A stretch of DNA of 64,000 bases from Perna viridis (Eukaryota): assembly GCA_037379345.1 (NCBI GenBank), contig CM074511.1, positions 2,480,001-2,544,000 on the forward strand. Direction: 5' to 3'. Numbering within the stretch: position 1 is the stretch's first letter; each line of letters opens with the position of its first letter. The position numbers and the translations under genes are program-made. Of this stretch, positions 22,871 to 36,211 are shown piece by piece. Below the pieces are notes generated by a model. It was not told the origin of the DNA, did not search any database, and was given only the letters and a program-made list of their open reading frames with translations.

Positions 22871-24039
22871 AACAAAAAAATACCAGTTTTATATATTGTA
22901 AATGTAGATATGCTGTACACGTGTTTCAAGGAGTAACCTCCCATCAGCATTAAAATCAACTATGTAGGAAGATCATTATCAAAATATTAGTTGTATACAA
23001 GAAGTACTCATAACCAAAACTTTCGAAAGAGGAAGCCAAATTCATCACCGAGAGGTTCTACCATATGCCATTCAAGGAATGAAGCCTCGGTGTTTTACGT
23101 ACTTTAAAATTTGGAATATTGCAAGATTTCATAATTTCGGGGTCGGACAAGTCTGACTAGTGGGTTGGTGAATACCCTCGGGGACCTCAGGTCCACCAGC
23201 AGTGATATCAACCCAGTGATTCTTAGATATGAAGTCAATGAATCCTTAACACACCAAAAACAGTAGAATTTATAAATTGGAAAGTACTCGAGTTAGTGAT
23301 CTCATACAAAGCATAATCTTGTCAAAACTGAGTCCGCGTTAACAATTCAATTATTATTGAAATAGGATATTCTTCCAAGACAATTCTTCGTCAACATGAA
23401 GAAAAAATAATTGACTGGGTTAGTGGATTCGCCTCTTTTTTCAATATTGGCCCTTGTAATTACAATGTAGTTTGTGAAAAAAGTATTTTAGATCATTCGA
23501 AAATGTTGGTTTTTAGACAGAGATGAGCTTTCTCAAACTGGTATCGTTTTCCTTCTATTTTTGCCGAAACGTCAAATCGTCTTTTTGCATTCCGAAGGCT
23601 TTTCGTGATTGTACGTTAGTATTATAACAAAAATTTTAGTGTTGATATGAACAATCTTACTCAATTATACCTTATTGACTAACTAGTCCAATACATCGTA
23701 GTGGCCTAGGCTAATATGGATTTTAACCAGGTCAGTGTGACGTATTGGACGGTAAAATCTGTATTGGACGGTTAAATCCCGTATTGGCGCGCTTTTGTAT
23801 ATTTGTATTGTATTAGCAATTTGGGTCATATTTAGGCTGATATTCGAACGTTAATCAGTAACATTTATTATGCCATGAGTCAAAGGAAAAGAAAAAGCGA
23901 TTGAAGGACGAAACGGGAAAACAATTGCACAGTTCGAGTGAACGAACAAAAGTATTAGCATTAAAACTGAGATACAAACCCAAAACAGTTTGATATCAAG
24001 GTTTCAAGTTCATTTTATCATCTACTTCATGTTCATCGC

Positions 24040-24080
24040 CTGAATATAGCGGAAATATTGCTGCTCGGGCGTTAAACCCC

Positions 24081-24116
<36 letters not shown>
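24040..24116 (+). mobile_element. Probable SINE 3' end with (CAAT)n tail
   Basis: GCGGAAATATTGCTG...GGCGTTAAACCCCAAC followed by about 8 CAAT units, a typical mollusc SINE tail. No tRNA-like head seen. Confidence 0.5.
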
Positions 24117-24120
<4 letters not shown>

Positions 24121-25263
24121 TATCCAGGTGCGCACACATATTTTCGAGGGAACAACATTGTCGAATATTTCACCATATTTGATTTTGTTTTAATCAAGAT
24201 TTCCATTGATTTACAATTTTCGTATTTATATGTTTACAATAGAATAATAAACCTTATCAAGAAATAAAAATAAATAAGTACCCGAATCCGTTGTTTCTCG
24301 CCCATACAGTGAACTATATTATGCAATCTTTTCATTTGAATGTTTCATTGTTAAACAGCATGTATTGTACTACGTATCACACCAGAAGGTTAATGTTTTT
24401 ATAGAAACCATTTTCACTCCGAAATTTCTTTGAAACACCCCGCCTCACATCACAATTAATAGATATACGAAGACAATCTAAGCCTGCTAATCAATTCTAT
24501 TTATCATGTATGCTCTTTTTACTCCATCATTAGCATTTACTCCACATATTTTCCTTAATACATACTTGTTGTTCAATGAAACGAAATAAATGGAATATAT
24601 ATATGCTTCTTAGGTTAGGAATATCACTTCAATAAAAGAGTTTTTTCTTCAAAAGACACAACCCGAAGGTGCAAACAGGGGGGAATCTTAGGACAAAACA
24701 AAACAGGAGACACTTAAAGGACATTTGACTGTGAAACCCACAACTACTGCCAGAAATGATCTGAGATGGGATAAAAATACTTAAATAATAAATTGTGGAA
24801 TATAGAGAAACATTTAGGACCGTGCCTTTATTGGATGAATTAGACAAATATATTGTTTAAGGTTGTTTGATTTTGATAATCTTCACAATGTTTTCACTAT
24901 TATAAACATCATAAATTTTGTATCCATCTCTATACAAAACTGTAACCTTCTATACACTAACCATCTATAATAATTTGTAGTGGCTAAAACGCCAACTTTG
25001 CTGCAAAACTAGTTGTGGAACAATTGACGTAAACTAAAACTGATTAAATTAAAAAAAAAAAAAAAACAGAACAAGAAAGAGAAAAAAATATAACATGACA
25101 AGCAAACAAACACAAAAAACTTTAAGGAATCTGCCTTCAACTAAAATTAATAATAACAAAATCTGCATCATAGCGACATTGATAATGATTTACAGTCAAA
25201 CGATATGGAATAGTAGACGTAGATGTTGTTGATTATTAAATTTAATTTCCTTTTCCTTGCTGG

Positions 25264-25589
25264 TGTCGCCGGTATTTTTGTCATTACCTTGTGGCTAAAT
25301 AAAATTTCGAATTCAGGATGCCATGTTATTCTGCAAAATTACAATTGAGGTGGTGTCAGCCACTGCTCAAATCAACGCCTTATAATGGAATGAATTTGAA
25401 AACAGGTTTAGTTAGGGTTGGACCAAGTTAGTTCATGCAAGGTGCGCTCGATACGTCTTCAGTCCTTCGTCAGTGAATATGCAAATGATGTATGATGAAT
25501 GAATGAACGATAAATATGAATGAAAAATACAAATAATAAATGCGATAAACGTATACAAACACAAACAAAACATTTATTTTATATTTTTC
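25264..25589 (-). repeat. 3' LTR (inner end not resolved)
   Basis: Aligns with 36404-36723. Confidence 0.8.
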
Positions 25590-25689
25590 AATAAGTATAC
25601 CAACTTTATATGTGGCAATGCCGCGCTACGAAATTAAAATACAAGGAAAATTATTCAAATAAAAAAAATAATAATAAAAAGTAAAAATT

Positions 25690-26505
25690 TACACATTCAT
25701 CAAATCTACAAAAAGCATAATTACAAAAACATTCTGTTCGTAATCATGGGTAACTTTTTGCAAATGTGTCAACCATTGATTGTTCAGGAGAAGGATGGAC
25801 ACCATCAACAACTTTCGAATATTTGTAACGAATTTTACTACCCGCACATCTCTGGTGAACATATGAATGAATGAATGGTGTACATAGGCCATTTGAAACA
25901 TTGGTGGGACGTACTACTGGTATACTTGAAAATTGTCAGAAATTGAATAATCCTTAAAGGAATTCTCTAACCTGCAAATTTTATCAATAATGTTTCAAAA
26001 ACTTTTTTGAGCCGATTTAACTAACAAGTAATGCTTCAAACGTTTTCATGTTTATTTTTTCTTCTCTATTTTCCATAGCTGTCTAATTTTGTCATGTAGA
26101 GTATTTTGCTTTTCTATTATTGAATGTATATCTCTGTAAAAGAGGAGTTAAAGTATGATGATGATGTACATATTGTACAAAAGACAACTTTATAACCTAT
26201 CTGATTTAAGCCTTCATAAACATGCCTAATTTTACAAACAGTGTCATCAAATACTTGATCAACACTTTTGTCCAGATAAAAAAACGACTCTTCATAATTT
26301 GAAGCCTTATCTCTTTCCAGTTTGCAAATGTCTGGTATGCCACACTGGATATACACAAATTGTCTGCTATCCGAATAATGCAAATTACTTTTCGCTATAT
26401 TCAACAAGTCCAAGAATTTTCCACCAGGTTTAGTATAAACGATGACATTTTCAATATCCTTCAAACCCTTCCCTCTACTTGAAGCATAAACATAGGAACT
26501 CGTAT
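25690..26505 (-). pseudogene. Disrupted SGNH/GDSL hydrolase-like extra ORF of the Gypsy element
   Basis: Block I-like YVYASSRGKGL, block II PGG, block III-like VYIQCGIPDI and, after a frame break, NGLCTPFIHSYVH..YKYSKVVDGVHPS (DxxH motif at 25792-25806). Confidence 0.75.
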
Positions 26506-26662
26506 CTACAGAAAACAGAATAAAAACCATAAAAACAAATTGAAAATCAAATTAAAAAAATATATCATAATTATTTGGGAAAATCAGCAATTGTATGTGG
26601 CAAGTGCCTCGTTAGAACCGATTTTCGCTACATTGCCAGGAGGCGGCCCGTAATTCTATTTT

Positions 26663-27880
26663 TTAATAATATTTCGAGCCTGAAAGACAATCTATCGTCT
26701 CGTCCACCCTAGGCAAAGGATGAGCGTCTTTTATGGTCCGTCGATTAATTCTCCTGAAATCTATGCAGAGCCTTAAACTGTTATCTTTCTTACGGACTAA
26801 AACTACTTTACTTGAAAAAGGACCGTTCGATTCCCTAATCGCTCCACATTCATACATTTCCTTGAGATGTTCACGTACTTCGTTGAATATAGAAGGGGGT
26901 ATCCGTCTATAAGGTTCTTTAAACGGGGTATCATCAGTCAGCTTTAATTTCATGCTCGACTAATGTTGTCTACCCAAGATCTGTAGGACCTGTTGAAAAT
27001 ACGGACTTCCATTTGCCTAACAAGCTGAACAGTCTTTGTCTAACCTCACCAGATAAATTTTCATCAACCTTACAAACAAGTTTCTTTATATCTTCCTCTA
27101 AAACATCACTCTTGGTTTTAGAACTATCTACAGATTGAACACTATCATCGAAAGGATCGATATGGCGTATAACCTTGACATCACTAAGTCCACATAAGAT
27201 AGATTTTGGCTTAATTTCAACAATTTTACCCTATCTGACAAGTCACAATCTAAATTCTCAGTAACTACGATAGAACTTGTGTCACCTTGAGCACTAACCA
27301 TTCCAGACATTGTTTTAATAGACACAGGCATCAACTTTACAACTCTCTTATTTGTGGAATGAACCAAACTTGTATTTTCACTCGTGAGAGAGGACATAGC
27401 TACATTCCAAGCTTTCGGAATTTTTCCAAATGTATTCTCACTCATATCATATTTGAATAAATTCAAAACATTAGTACCGATCACAACTGAAACCTTACTA
27501 TTATAATCTGTAATAGGAATTACAAGCAAAGGCACTTGAAAACTTTTCCCATTTTGCAAAAGGAATCTTCAGCTCAACCTCAACGTAACCTGAATACGGA
27601 AGTTTTTCACTGCTTGCCACACTGGCTGACAATGAAAAATTTTGCAAACTCAAAATCTCAGGTACTGGGTTAAGATTTTTCAAAACTGACTCAGAAATAG
27701 TAGATATCATTGGCTCACTGTCCACTAGAGCCTTACATTTACAACCATGTATTTCAACTTGCGCCTCGTTTGACGTTTGACCAATCATTCTTTTATACAA
27801 ATTTTCAGTTTTATCGGGGCTATTTTTTTATCAAGTGAAATAGTAAAGTCCCTAATTTGCCCTTCTTTAGAGACTACTCC
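26663..27880 (-). pseudogene. pol remnant: aspartic protease plus N-terminal RT (rest of RT, RNase H and integrase deleted)
   Basis: CKALVDSEPMISTIS (degenerate D-S-G) and PFKEPYRRIPP...VVLVRKKDNSLRLCIDFRRIN..KDAHPLPRVDETIDCLSGSKYY, then abrupt loss of homology. Confidence 0.9.
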
Positions 27881-27889
27881 CCGTTTAAA
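27847..27889 (-). promoter_or_regulatory. -1 programmed ribosomal frameshift signal between gag and pol
   Basis: Slippery heptamer T TTA AAC in gag phase (27889-27883) three codons before the gag stop, a 7-nt spacer, then stem AGTCTCTAA...TTAGGGACT. The -1 frame stays open up to an A-run indel just before the protease frame. Confidence 0.7.
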
Positions 27890-29027
27890 TTATCACCCTT
27901 AACTTCACTGGTCTTGTTACCTCTAAACTGATCTCGTCCTCTATTGTGACCTCTGTCAAAATTACCTCTGCCTCTCTGGTAACGTGAGCTATTAAAATAA
28001 CCTCTTTGACCTTGACCTCTGTTATTACTCGGAGGGGTTAATTATTGGTGATCAGTTTGTTTACTTTTAAGTTCTTTTAATTCCGTTTCCATCGAATTCA
28101 TTCACCTATTGAAGCAGTAAAGCTTTTTCAATACTTCCTTAAGCATCTGAGTTTCGACAGAAATAGAATTTTGTTGAACTGGCGACGAAACGTTCGACTT
28201 CGACGAGTTCGCTAAATCCAAGTTAATTGCTCGTATTTCTCTCCTTAACGTGTCAAAATTCTTAATCGTGTCATACTTATGCCTACATGCATTTCTCAAC
28301 AAAGGATAACTTTGATCCGACCAAAATGTAGACCTCAACATTTCATCTTTGGATTCCGGACTAATAGGACCCTTTTCAATAGCCGACTGCAAAATAGACT
28401 CTAATTTCATACCATAGTCAGCAACTGTTTGATTCGGTTCCTGTTTTTCCATGTACAATTTCTGCAATAAAGCTTCACTGCTGTAGACATTACCGAAAAC
28501 GCCCCCCCAATTGTTCCATTATTTGATTAGGGGAAGGGGGCGGTTTCAGGAAAAGCCAACAATAGACTTCTAGCTTGTCCCTTCAGTGAGCTTCTGATTG
28601 ATTGCAGTATACTACAGTATTGGAATAATTTCCCTCTCTTACAATGCACTTGACTTCAAATTTCCATACGTCAATAGTTGTTTCCCCTTTTTAATCACCC
28701 GAAAACGTAGGGAGTCTGGGTCTCTGCCAGTTTGACAAATTATTATTATTAGCAGACGACGTCAAATTTCTAACTGGTGTAGCGGGTGGTATTTTTGAAA
28801 ATTCAAAATTACAACTAGGAGGAGGGGGTCTAGGAGGAGCATTTTCCTCATTTTCATGTCCCAGTACCTGTTTTGGGGCTGTGTCTATGAAACATCGAAT
28901 TAAATTTATCCTCAGTCACCACTTTGTATTTTGTATGTTCAGTTAGATACTGAATCATTTTCTGAACATCTATTTCATCCAATGCTTTCTCACTCTTAAC
29001 CTCTAATTTAGACTAATTATCTGCCAT
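27874..29027 (-). pseudogene. PNMA/Ma-like gag, disrupted
   Basis: ATG 29027; RPRLPTFSGD..DVWKFEV, QSIRSSLKGQARS, QEPNQTVADYGMKLESILQSA..DEMLRSTFWS; RG-rich C-terminus; several stops and frameshifts. Confidence 0.85.
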
Positions 29028-29278
29028 AATTTTGAAAACTAGTATTTGCATTCAAACAAAACTATACAAGTTACACAAGACAGTACACTAAATGATTGAT
29101 GAATTAATGATTGATAATACAGGTCATGATCAACTCACCTTAATTTCAGTCATCAGTCAAAAGTGCAAAAAGGTAAGTGCAAGAACTCCTGCTTCAATCA
29201 TGCATTACACCTAGCATGTACACATAATCTGAAAAATACAGGTAATATGTTATAAACATATACAGGTAATATGTTATA

Positions 29279-32200
29279 TTAACGATGATAGTAGGGAATT
29301 ACGAGAAAGTATTTTAACTGCATTAAACTACGATATAGTTGGACTTTGCTAAAGTCACTTGAGAAATGATCAGACTATTAATTTGGAAGGTTATCATTGT
29401 ATTGGAAACAATAGAAAACAAATTTCGAACAACGCATGGCGTGGTTGTGGAGGTATTGGTTTTTTAATTAAAAACTCGCTAAATGACAATTTTGAAGTAA
29501 ACATTCTAGACGATAGTAGAGATGACATTTTATGGATTTATTTAAAAAACAAAGATGACCCAGAGCTAACTTTATATTTAAGCGTGTGTTATCTACAACC
29601 CGAGCGATCGAGTAGAGGTAACATTGCTCAAGAATTCTGACTATCTTTTATCTCAGATGTATCTTTATAGTATATGTTGTCCGATTTTCATTTGCGGTGA
29701 TTTCAATGGACGAGTTGGAAATCTCCAAGATTTTAATGATTCATTAGACTATTTGTCAAAACGTATTCCTGTTGACGAAACAAGAAACGCATTTGGTGAC
29801 TATTTGCTAGACTTTTTGAAGGACTCTAACTGCTGTATGCTAAACGGACGTGGGGATTACTCGAAAGACAATTTTACGTTTGTTTCACCCATCGGGAAAT
29901 CAGTAGTTGACTATATGATTGTCCCATATACAGTACTTCCGAATGTTTGTAACTTTGAAGTAAAACTGATTTCGTCTCTGATAATTGAAAATGGTGTTCA
30001 ACTTTTGACGAATGCACAATTACCGGATCACTCTATACTTACCTGTTCATTTAGAATCTCAGAATATGATCAACTCAATAAGAACATATTAGATACAACC
30101 GAAAACGTCACTGATACTACGAATATAAAATATCAATCAACACGTAAATATAATGTTTCAAACATACCGCAAGACTTATTTACCAGTGAACGATGCATGC
30201 GATGTCTCGAAAATGTTATCGACTCTTTACTCGATATCCGCAATATTGACGATAGAATTAACACTATATACGAATCATTCATTGAAGCTATTCATCATGA
30301 AATGGACAACAAGGTTGACTACAAAGACTATACACCAAGTTCGAACAAACGTAAACGACGAAATGCTAAACCATACTGGAACAATGATTTACGAGACTTA
30401 TTGATAGAAACAAACAAAGCTGAGAAAAAATACCTACAATTTAAGGAGACAGACGGATTAAAAATGAACTGAAAACACGTTTAAAATAAAGAGAAGACAA
30501 TTTGATAAACGTTTACGACAAGAAGAACGTAAATTGTGACTCAAAGACTTGATAATATTAAAATGTTTAACCAGAAGAACCCGAACGAATTTTGGCGGGA
30601 AGTAAACAAACTTGGACCCGGGAAAGATAAAAAAACAATTGATAGCGTGATAATGGGTGACGGTAGTGTTTCTCATAACCCAAACAATATTCTGTCTAGA
30701 TGGAAACATGAATACGCGAAACTTTTTTCTGGTGATATTCAGAATGTGGACAATGATTTTATTGAACAATTAGAACAATTAAACACACAGTTAGAACAAG
30801 AATTTGAAAGTTTGAACCATACAAATGAAACGATTGATACTGAACAACAAAGTATAAACGATCCTATATCGATTGAAGAGGTTAAACGTGCGGTACATGG
30901 TCTAAAGAATGGTAAAGCAGTCGGAGTCGACAATGTTCCAAATGAAATTTTGAAAAGTGACAAACTAACCAACATTCTTCATGAACTATATAATGCTTGT
31001 TTTTCACATGGAATAGGTCCTGTATCTGGTGCCAAAGTATCATCTGTCCGATTTTAAAGAATGGAAAGGACTACCGTGATCCATTAGATAAAGAGGAATT
31101 AGTCTTACGTCAACTGTCGCTAAAGTATTTAGTCAAATAATGAATGAAAGACTTGTTAGATATCTTGAGAACAATAATCTATTGAGTGAAGAGCAAAACG
31201 GATTTAGGTGTCTCAGATCATGTCTGGATCATATTTATTCCTTATGTACAATTTTGCGTAATAGAAAACTAATGAACTGTGATACTTTCTTGTGTTTCGT
31301 AGACTTTAGCAAAGCCTTCGACTCGGTCAACCATACTATTTTATGGAATAAAATTTTAAGTTCAGGTATACATGGAAATATGTTCAATACTATTAGATGT
31401 CTTTATTCGAAACTGAAAACTGCAGTCCGCTTGTCTCCCGGGATACTCACCGATTGGTTCTCAGTTGATACAGGAGTACGCCAAGGCGATAATCTTGCTC
31501 CGACGCTCTTTGCGTTATTCATTGACTGTTTAGTACCACAAATTAACAATTTATCATGCGGCGTTCAAGTTGGAAAGGATATGATAATCTGCTTACTTTA
31601 TGCGGATGACATTGTGTTTATCTCTGATAGTTCATACGGTCTGCAACGCCAACTCGACGTCTTACATGAGTGGACAAAATTACTGTTTACATGTGAATAT
31701 TGATAAAACAAAGATTTTGCATGTTCGTAAAACAACAACTGACAGAGGTGATTTCTCGTTTATGCTTGGTAATACAGCAATTGACTTCGTTGATAGATAT
31801 CGCTATCTTGGTTTAACAGTCTCTGAAAATATAGACTACAACATATCTGTAAAAGAACTCTCAGGTGCGGCTAGCAGGGCACTTGGATCGTTAACCTCCA
31901 AATATCTTCATATGGGTAACATGGACTATGCTACATTCGCAAAGATATACGAAAATACTGTCATCCCCGTAATGGACTATGCGTCAGGCGTTTGGGGTTT
32001 GAAACGATATGATGTATTAGAAAGACTTCAGTATCGGGCTATTCGTACTTTCTTAGGTGTTGGGAAAATCTCACCGATTCCAGCAATAACGGGTGATATT
32101 GGATGGACTCCAGTACATATAAACAATCAGTGTAACGCAATTAGATTGTGGTGTAGACTTATGAACTTACCGGAATCCAGAATTTGTCGATAAGTGTTTA

Positions 32201-32995
32201 GTTGGGATGTTGAGATTTCGGCACGATATAAAAATACATGGTTTAATAGTGTTAAAACAATTTTGAACAATAGTGGTCTGGCAAATTTACTTAATCATAC
32301 AGACAATCAAGACTTGATATCGACAAAGTACATTAATGACTCAGTAAAGACTACACTTATAGACAATTTCAAAATCGAGTGGAATACAAAAGTTCAAGAC
32401 ATGCCAAAACTTAGAACATATAAGCTATTTAAGACCGATTTTAGTACTGAAGCGTATGTGAAAAACTGTTTATCGAGGAAACAGTGATCAGTTATTGCCA
32501 GAATACGATGCGGGACACTACCATTAGAAGTGGAACAAGGCCGCTATCGCAATATTCCGTTAGACCGTAGATTCTGCAAAGTGTGTAACTCTAACCTCAT
32601 TGAAGACGAAAACCACTTCCTACTTTTGTGCTCTGGTTACGCAATTAGGCGAAATGAACTTATACAACAACTATCTTCCATAAATTTTGACGCTCCTTTA
32701 GATGCGCTAAAAGAACTGCTGACGAATAATTCCAAAATTGTTGCAAACTATATCATAGACTGTTTAGATATACGACGTGGTGTTATATAAAGACTTGCTT
32801 ATTCAAACTTATTTCACCTATAACAAATGACGTTAAATTTATAGAACCCTCATTTTCTACTTAACTTAATGTGTACATATGACAGTGCTTCGTAAGCCTA
32901 TCTGGCTGGCTGAAAATATATCTGTAATCTATGTATTTGAACATGAAAAATTCAGATTGAACTTTAATAAATTATTTATTCATTCATTCATTCAT
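29279..32995 (+). mobile_element. 5'-truncated non-LTR retrotransposon (APE-RT-CCHC ORF2; RTEX or CR1/L2-group), nested antisense in the Gypsy leader
   Basis: APE motifs CGDFNGRVG, SVVDY, PDH; RT motifs EQNGFR, FVDFSKAFDSV, GVRQGDNLAP, LLYADD; C-terminal CKVC..EDENHFLLLC; AATAAA at 32966 followed by (ATTC)n; candidate TSD TGTTATA at 29272-29278 and 32996-33002; several in-frame stops. Confidence 0.92.
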
Positions 32996-33538
32996 TGTTA
33001 TAAACACATACAGGTAATCATAATCAAAAGAAAATCAATCAACTATGAATAAAAAAAATCAGTTTCAACAATAAATTACTAATGTAACTGTCTATAATAT
33101 ATAAAATTTCATAAAATAAACAATTTCTTTACTATTCAAAATGATTTAATTTTATTGTACATTATTTTTCCAGGGCGTTGTATACTGTTCTACGCAGGTT
33201 TGATTCTTTACGGTTTAAAAAAATATACTACGATGACTAGACATACTGTTTACAGCGCTGAGTACTCAAAGTTCATATATAATATATTAAATTGGCTAGC
33301 CCCCGTAAGTATAATCACTCGCTATCGAACACACCATTTGTGTTACGAAACTCGTGTGATAAATACATGTACGTGACAATGTTTCCACCACTTCATGACG
33401 CCGATTTCAATTTCATTGTCACTGAATTACTATTTCAGTAATTCGCATTACCATCTATTGAAATAAATTTGTCGTTGACTACAAACTGTCGTTGAATGTA
33501 TAGAAGTCGTTGTGCCAAACTACGACGAAAATTGTTTA

Positions 33539-36211
33539 GGTTACAGACCACCAATTCAACCAATGAGCATTTGGAACATACGGAAAAATAGTCCTACGCA
33601 GAAATTACCCCTGTTCCTCATAGTGCTGTGAAAAAAGTTCTCATCTTATTTAAAAATTGAAACAGTTTCTGAAAGGAAAAACATTTCTGTACATTTTATA
33701 GGTGCATTTTGCTTCTTGTGATGTGAAGCCTAATCTCCATAATGATTTTTAAATATACCCCTATCTTGTGAAAACACTGGGATTTCCCATGCTATTTATA
33801 GACCCTTCACTTCCGGTGACCAGTACTGCACTGCAAGTCTGCTAACCCCACATGCCATTCTGAGGATTGTGAGCTGACATATGTAGAATCATGCTGATAT
33901 ATAGTCCTCTGCAGGTTAAAGTTAAGGTAAAGTCCAGAGAAGCCATTGAATATTGTGAAATTAGCATAGAAGCCTATGGGAAGTGGAATTAGTGGTTTTT
34001 AGCCTTAAGCTGAAGCCATGGCAAAATGAAAAGTTTCTTGAAATAGCTTTAAACTACTTGAAGATCTTGTTAACTTGCCATGAGAGGAATACACCACAAA
34101 AATCCTTCAAAATATGCATTTTTTAAGTTATAGGTCCAAATTATGGAAAATTGGTCTTTTTGGCTGATTTTTATGTCCTATCTTGTAAAAAGTGTAGAAA
34201 ATTTAGTAAAAATATCAAATATTAAACTTTGAGGGCTATATTTACCTAAATATGGTGGTAATAAGCACTTGAAATCAAGTTTTGTGTAGATTTGAGCAAA
34301 AATTAGGTTAGAAATGAGGAAAAACTCACTTTCATTACTACGGTTAAGGCCATATAAGCATTCCCCGATGGCAACATGGAAAATCCATTATTGAGCACTT
34401 TTTTTGCTTTAGGTGCCCTTTACTGGTCATGTTTTAATGTGAAAACACTGTATTTACAAATTTAAAGCCAAATATATCACCTTTTGTGAAAATTTAAAGA
34501 TTTAGGATTTTTGAAATGTGATCAAGAAAAAGGGGGAGGCATGTCAGAAATAAATTTTTAAAAATAGACCAATTTCTCAGAAAATGATTACTTTTAAAAC
34601 CATTTCTTCATTAATATTGTTAAAAAACAAGTTGTGATTGATATTTTTTATTTGAAAAAACAGAAAAAGTTCTTTGCAATATTTAATGCATTTAAGTATG
34701 GTAGAATATTGTCACTTTTTTGCTCGCACAACTTGGTTACCCTATATTTAAAAATCAAATATTTAAAAAAGTGCTTGTCACATTTCACTGAAACTTTGCA
34801 AATGCATTCAATATGTGTGTAGGAAGATACCTGTATAGTTATTTATTTTTTCTAAGACAAAAAGTGACTGTTTAAGCTGAAGCCATGGCAAAATGAAAAG
34901 TTTCTTGAAATAGCTTTAAACTACTTGAAGATCTTGTTAACTTTGCCATGAGAGGAATACACCACAAAAATCCTTCAAAATATGCATTTTTTTAAGTTAT
35001 AGGTCCAAATTATGGAAAATTGGTCTTTTTGGCTGATTTTTATGTCCTATCTTGTAAAAAGTGTAGAAAATTTAGTAAAAATATCAAATATTAAACTTTG
35101 AGGGCTATATTTACCTAAATATGGTGGTAATAAGCACTTGAAATCAAGTTTTGTGTAGATTTGAGCAAAAATTAGGTTAGAAATGAGGAAAAACTCACTT
35201 TCATTACTACGGTTAAGGCCATATAAGCATTCCCCGATGGCAACATGGAAAATCCATTATTGAGCACTTTTTTTGCTTTAGGTGCCCTTTACTGGTCATG
35301 TTTTAATGTGAAAACACTGTATTTACAAATTTAAAGCCAAATATATCACCTTTTGTGAAAATTTAAAGATTTAGGATTTTTGAAATGTGATCAAGAAAAA
35401 GGGGGAGGCATGTCAGAAATAAATTTTTAAAAATAGACCAATTTCTCAGAAAATGATTACTTTTAAAACCATTTCTTCATTAATATTGTTAAAAAACAAG
35501 TTGTGATTGATATTTTTTATTTGAAAAAGCAGAAAAAGTTCTTTGCAAATATTTAATGCATTTAAGTATGGTAGAATATTGTCACTTTTTTGCTCGCACA
35601 ACTTGGTTACCCTATATTTAAAAATCAAATATTTAAAAAATTGCTTGTCACATTTCACTGAAACTTTGCAAATGCATTCAGTATGTGTGTAGGAAGATAC
35701 CTGTATAGTTATTTATTTTTTCTAAGACAAAAAGTGACTGTTTAGGTTACAGACCACCAATTCAACCAATGAGCATTTGGAACATACGGAAAAATAGTCC
35801 TACGCAGAAATTACCCCTGTTCCTCATAGTGCTGTGAAAAAAGTTCTCATCTTATTTAAAAAATTGAAACAGTTTCTGAAAGGAAAAACATTTCTGTACA
35901 TTTTATAGGTGCATTTTGCTTCTTGTGATGTGAAGCCTAATCTCCATAATGATTTTTAAATATACCCCTATCTTGTGAAAACACTGGGATTTCCCATGCT
36001 ATTTATAGACCCTTCACTTCCGGTGACCAGTACTGCACTGCAAGTCTGCTAACCCCACATGCCATTCTGAGGATTGTGAGCTGACATATGTAGAATCATG
36101 CTGATATATAGTCCTCTGCAGGTTAAAGTTAAGGTAAAGTCCAGAGAAACCATTGAATATTGTGAAATTAGCATAGAAGCCTATGGGAAGTGGAATTAGT
36201 GGTTTTTAGCC
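33539..36211 (+). mobile_element. Non-autonomous KolobokP-like composite DNA transposon: LDR (33539-34004) - INT (34005-34871) - INT (34872-35744) - LDR (35745-36211)
   Basis: Two near-identical ~466-bp direct repeats, each with its own imperfect TIRs (GGTTACAGACCACCAATTC / GAATTAGTGGTTTTTAGCC) and TTAA-like junctions, flank two ~870-bp non-coding tandem copies. Confidence 0.82.

Noticed and set aside
34005-35744. Coding capacity (transposase) in the Kolobok internal region
   Set aside because: Only short AT-rich ORFs with no DDE, THAP or His-Me motifs.
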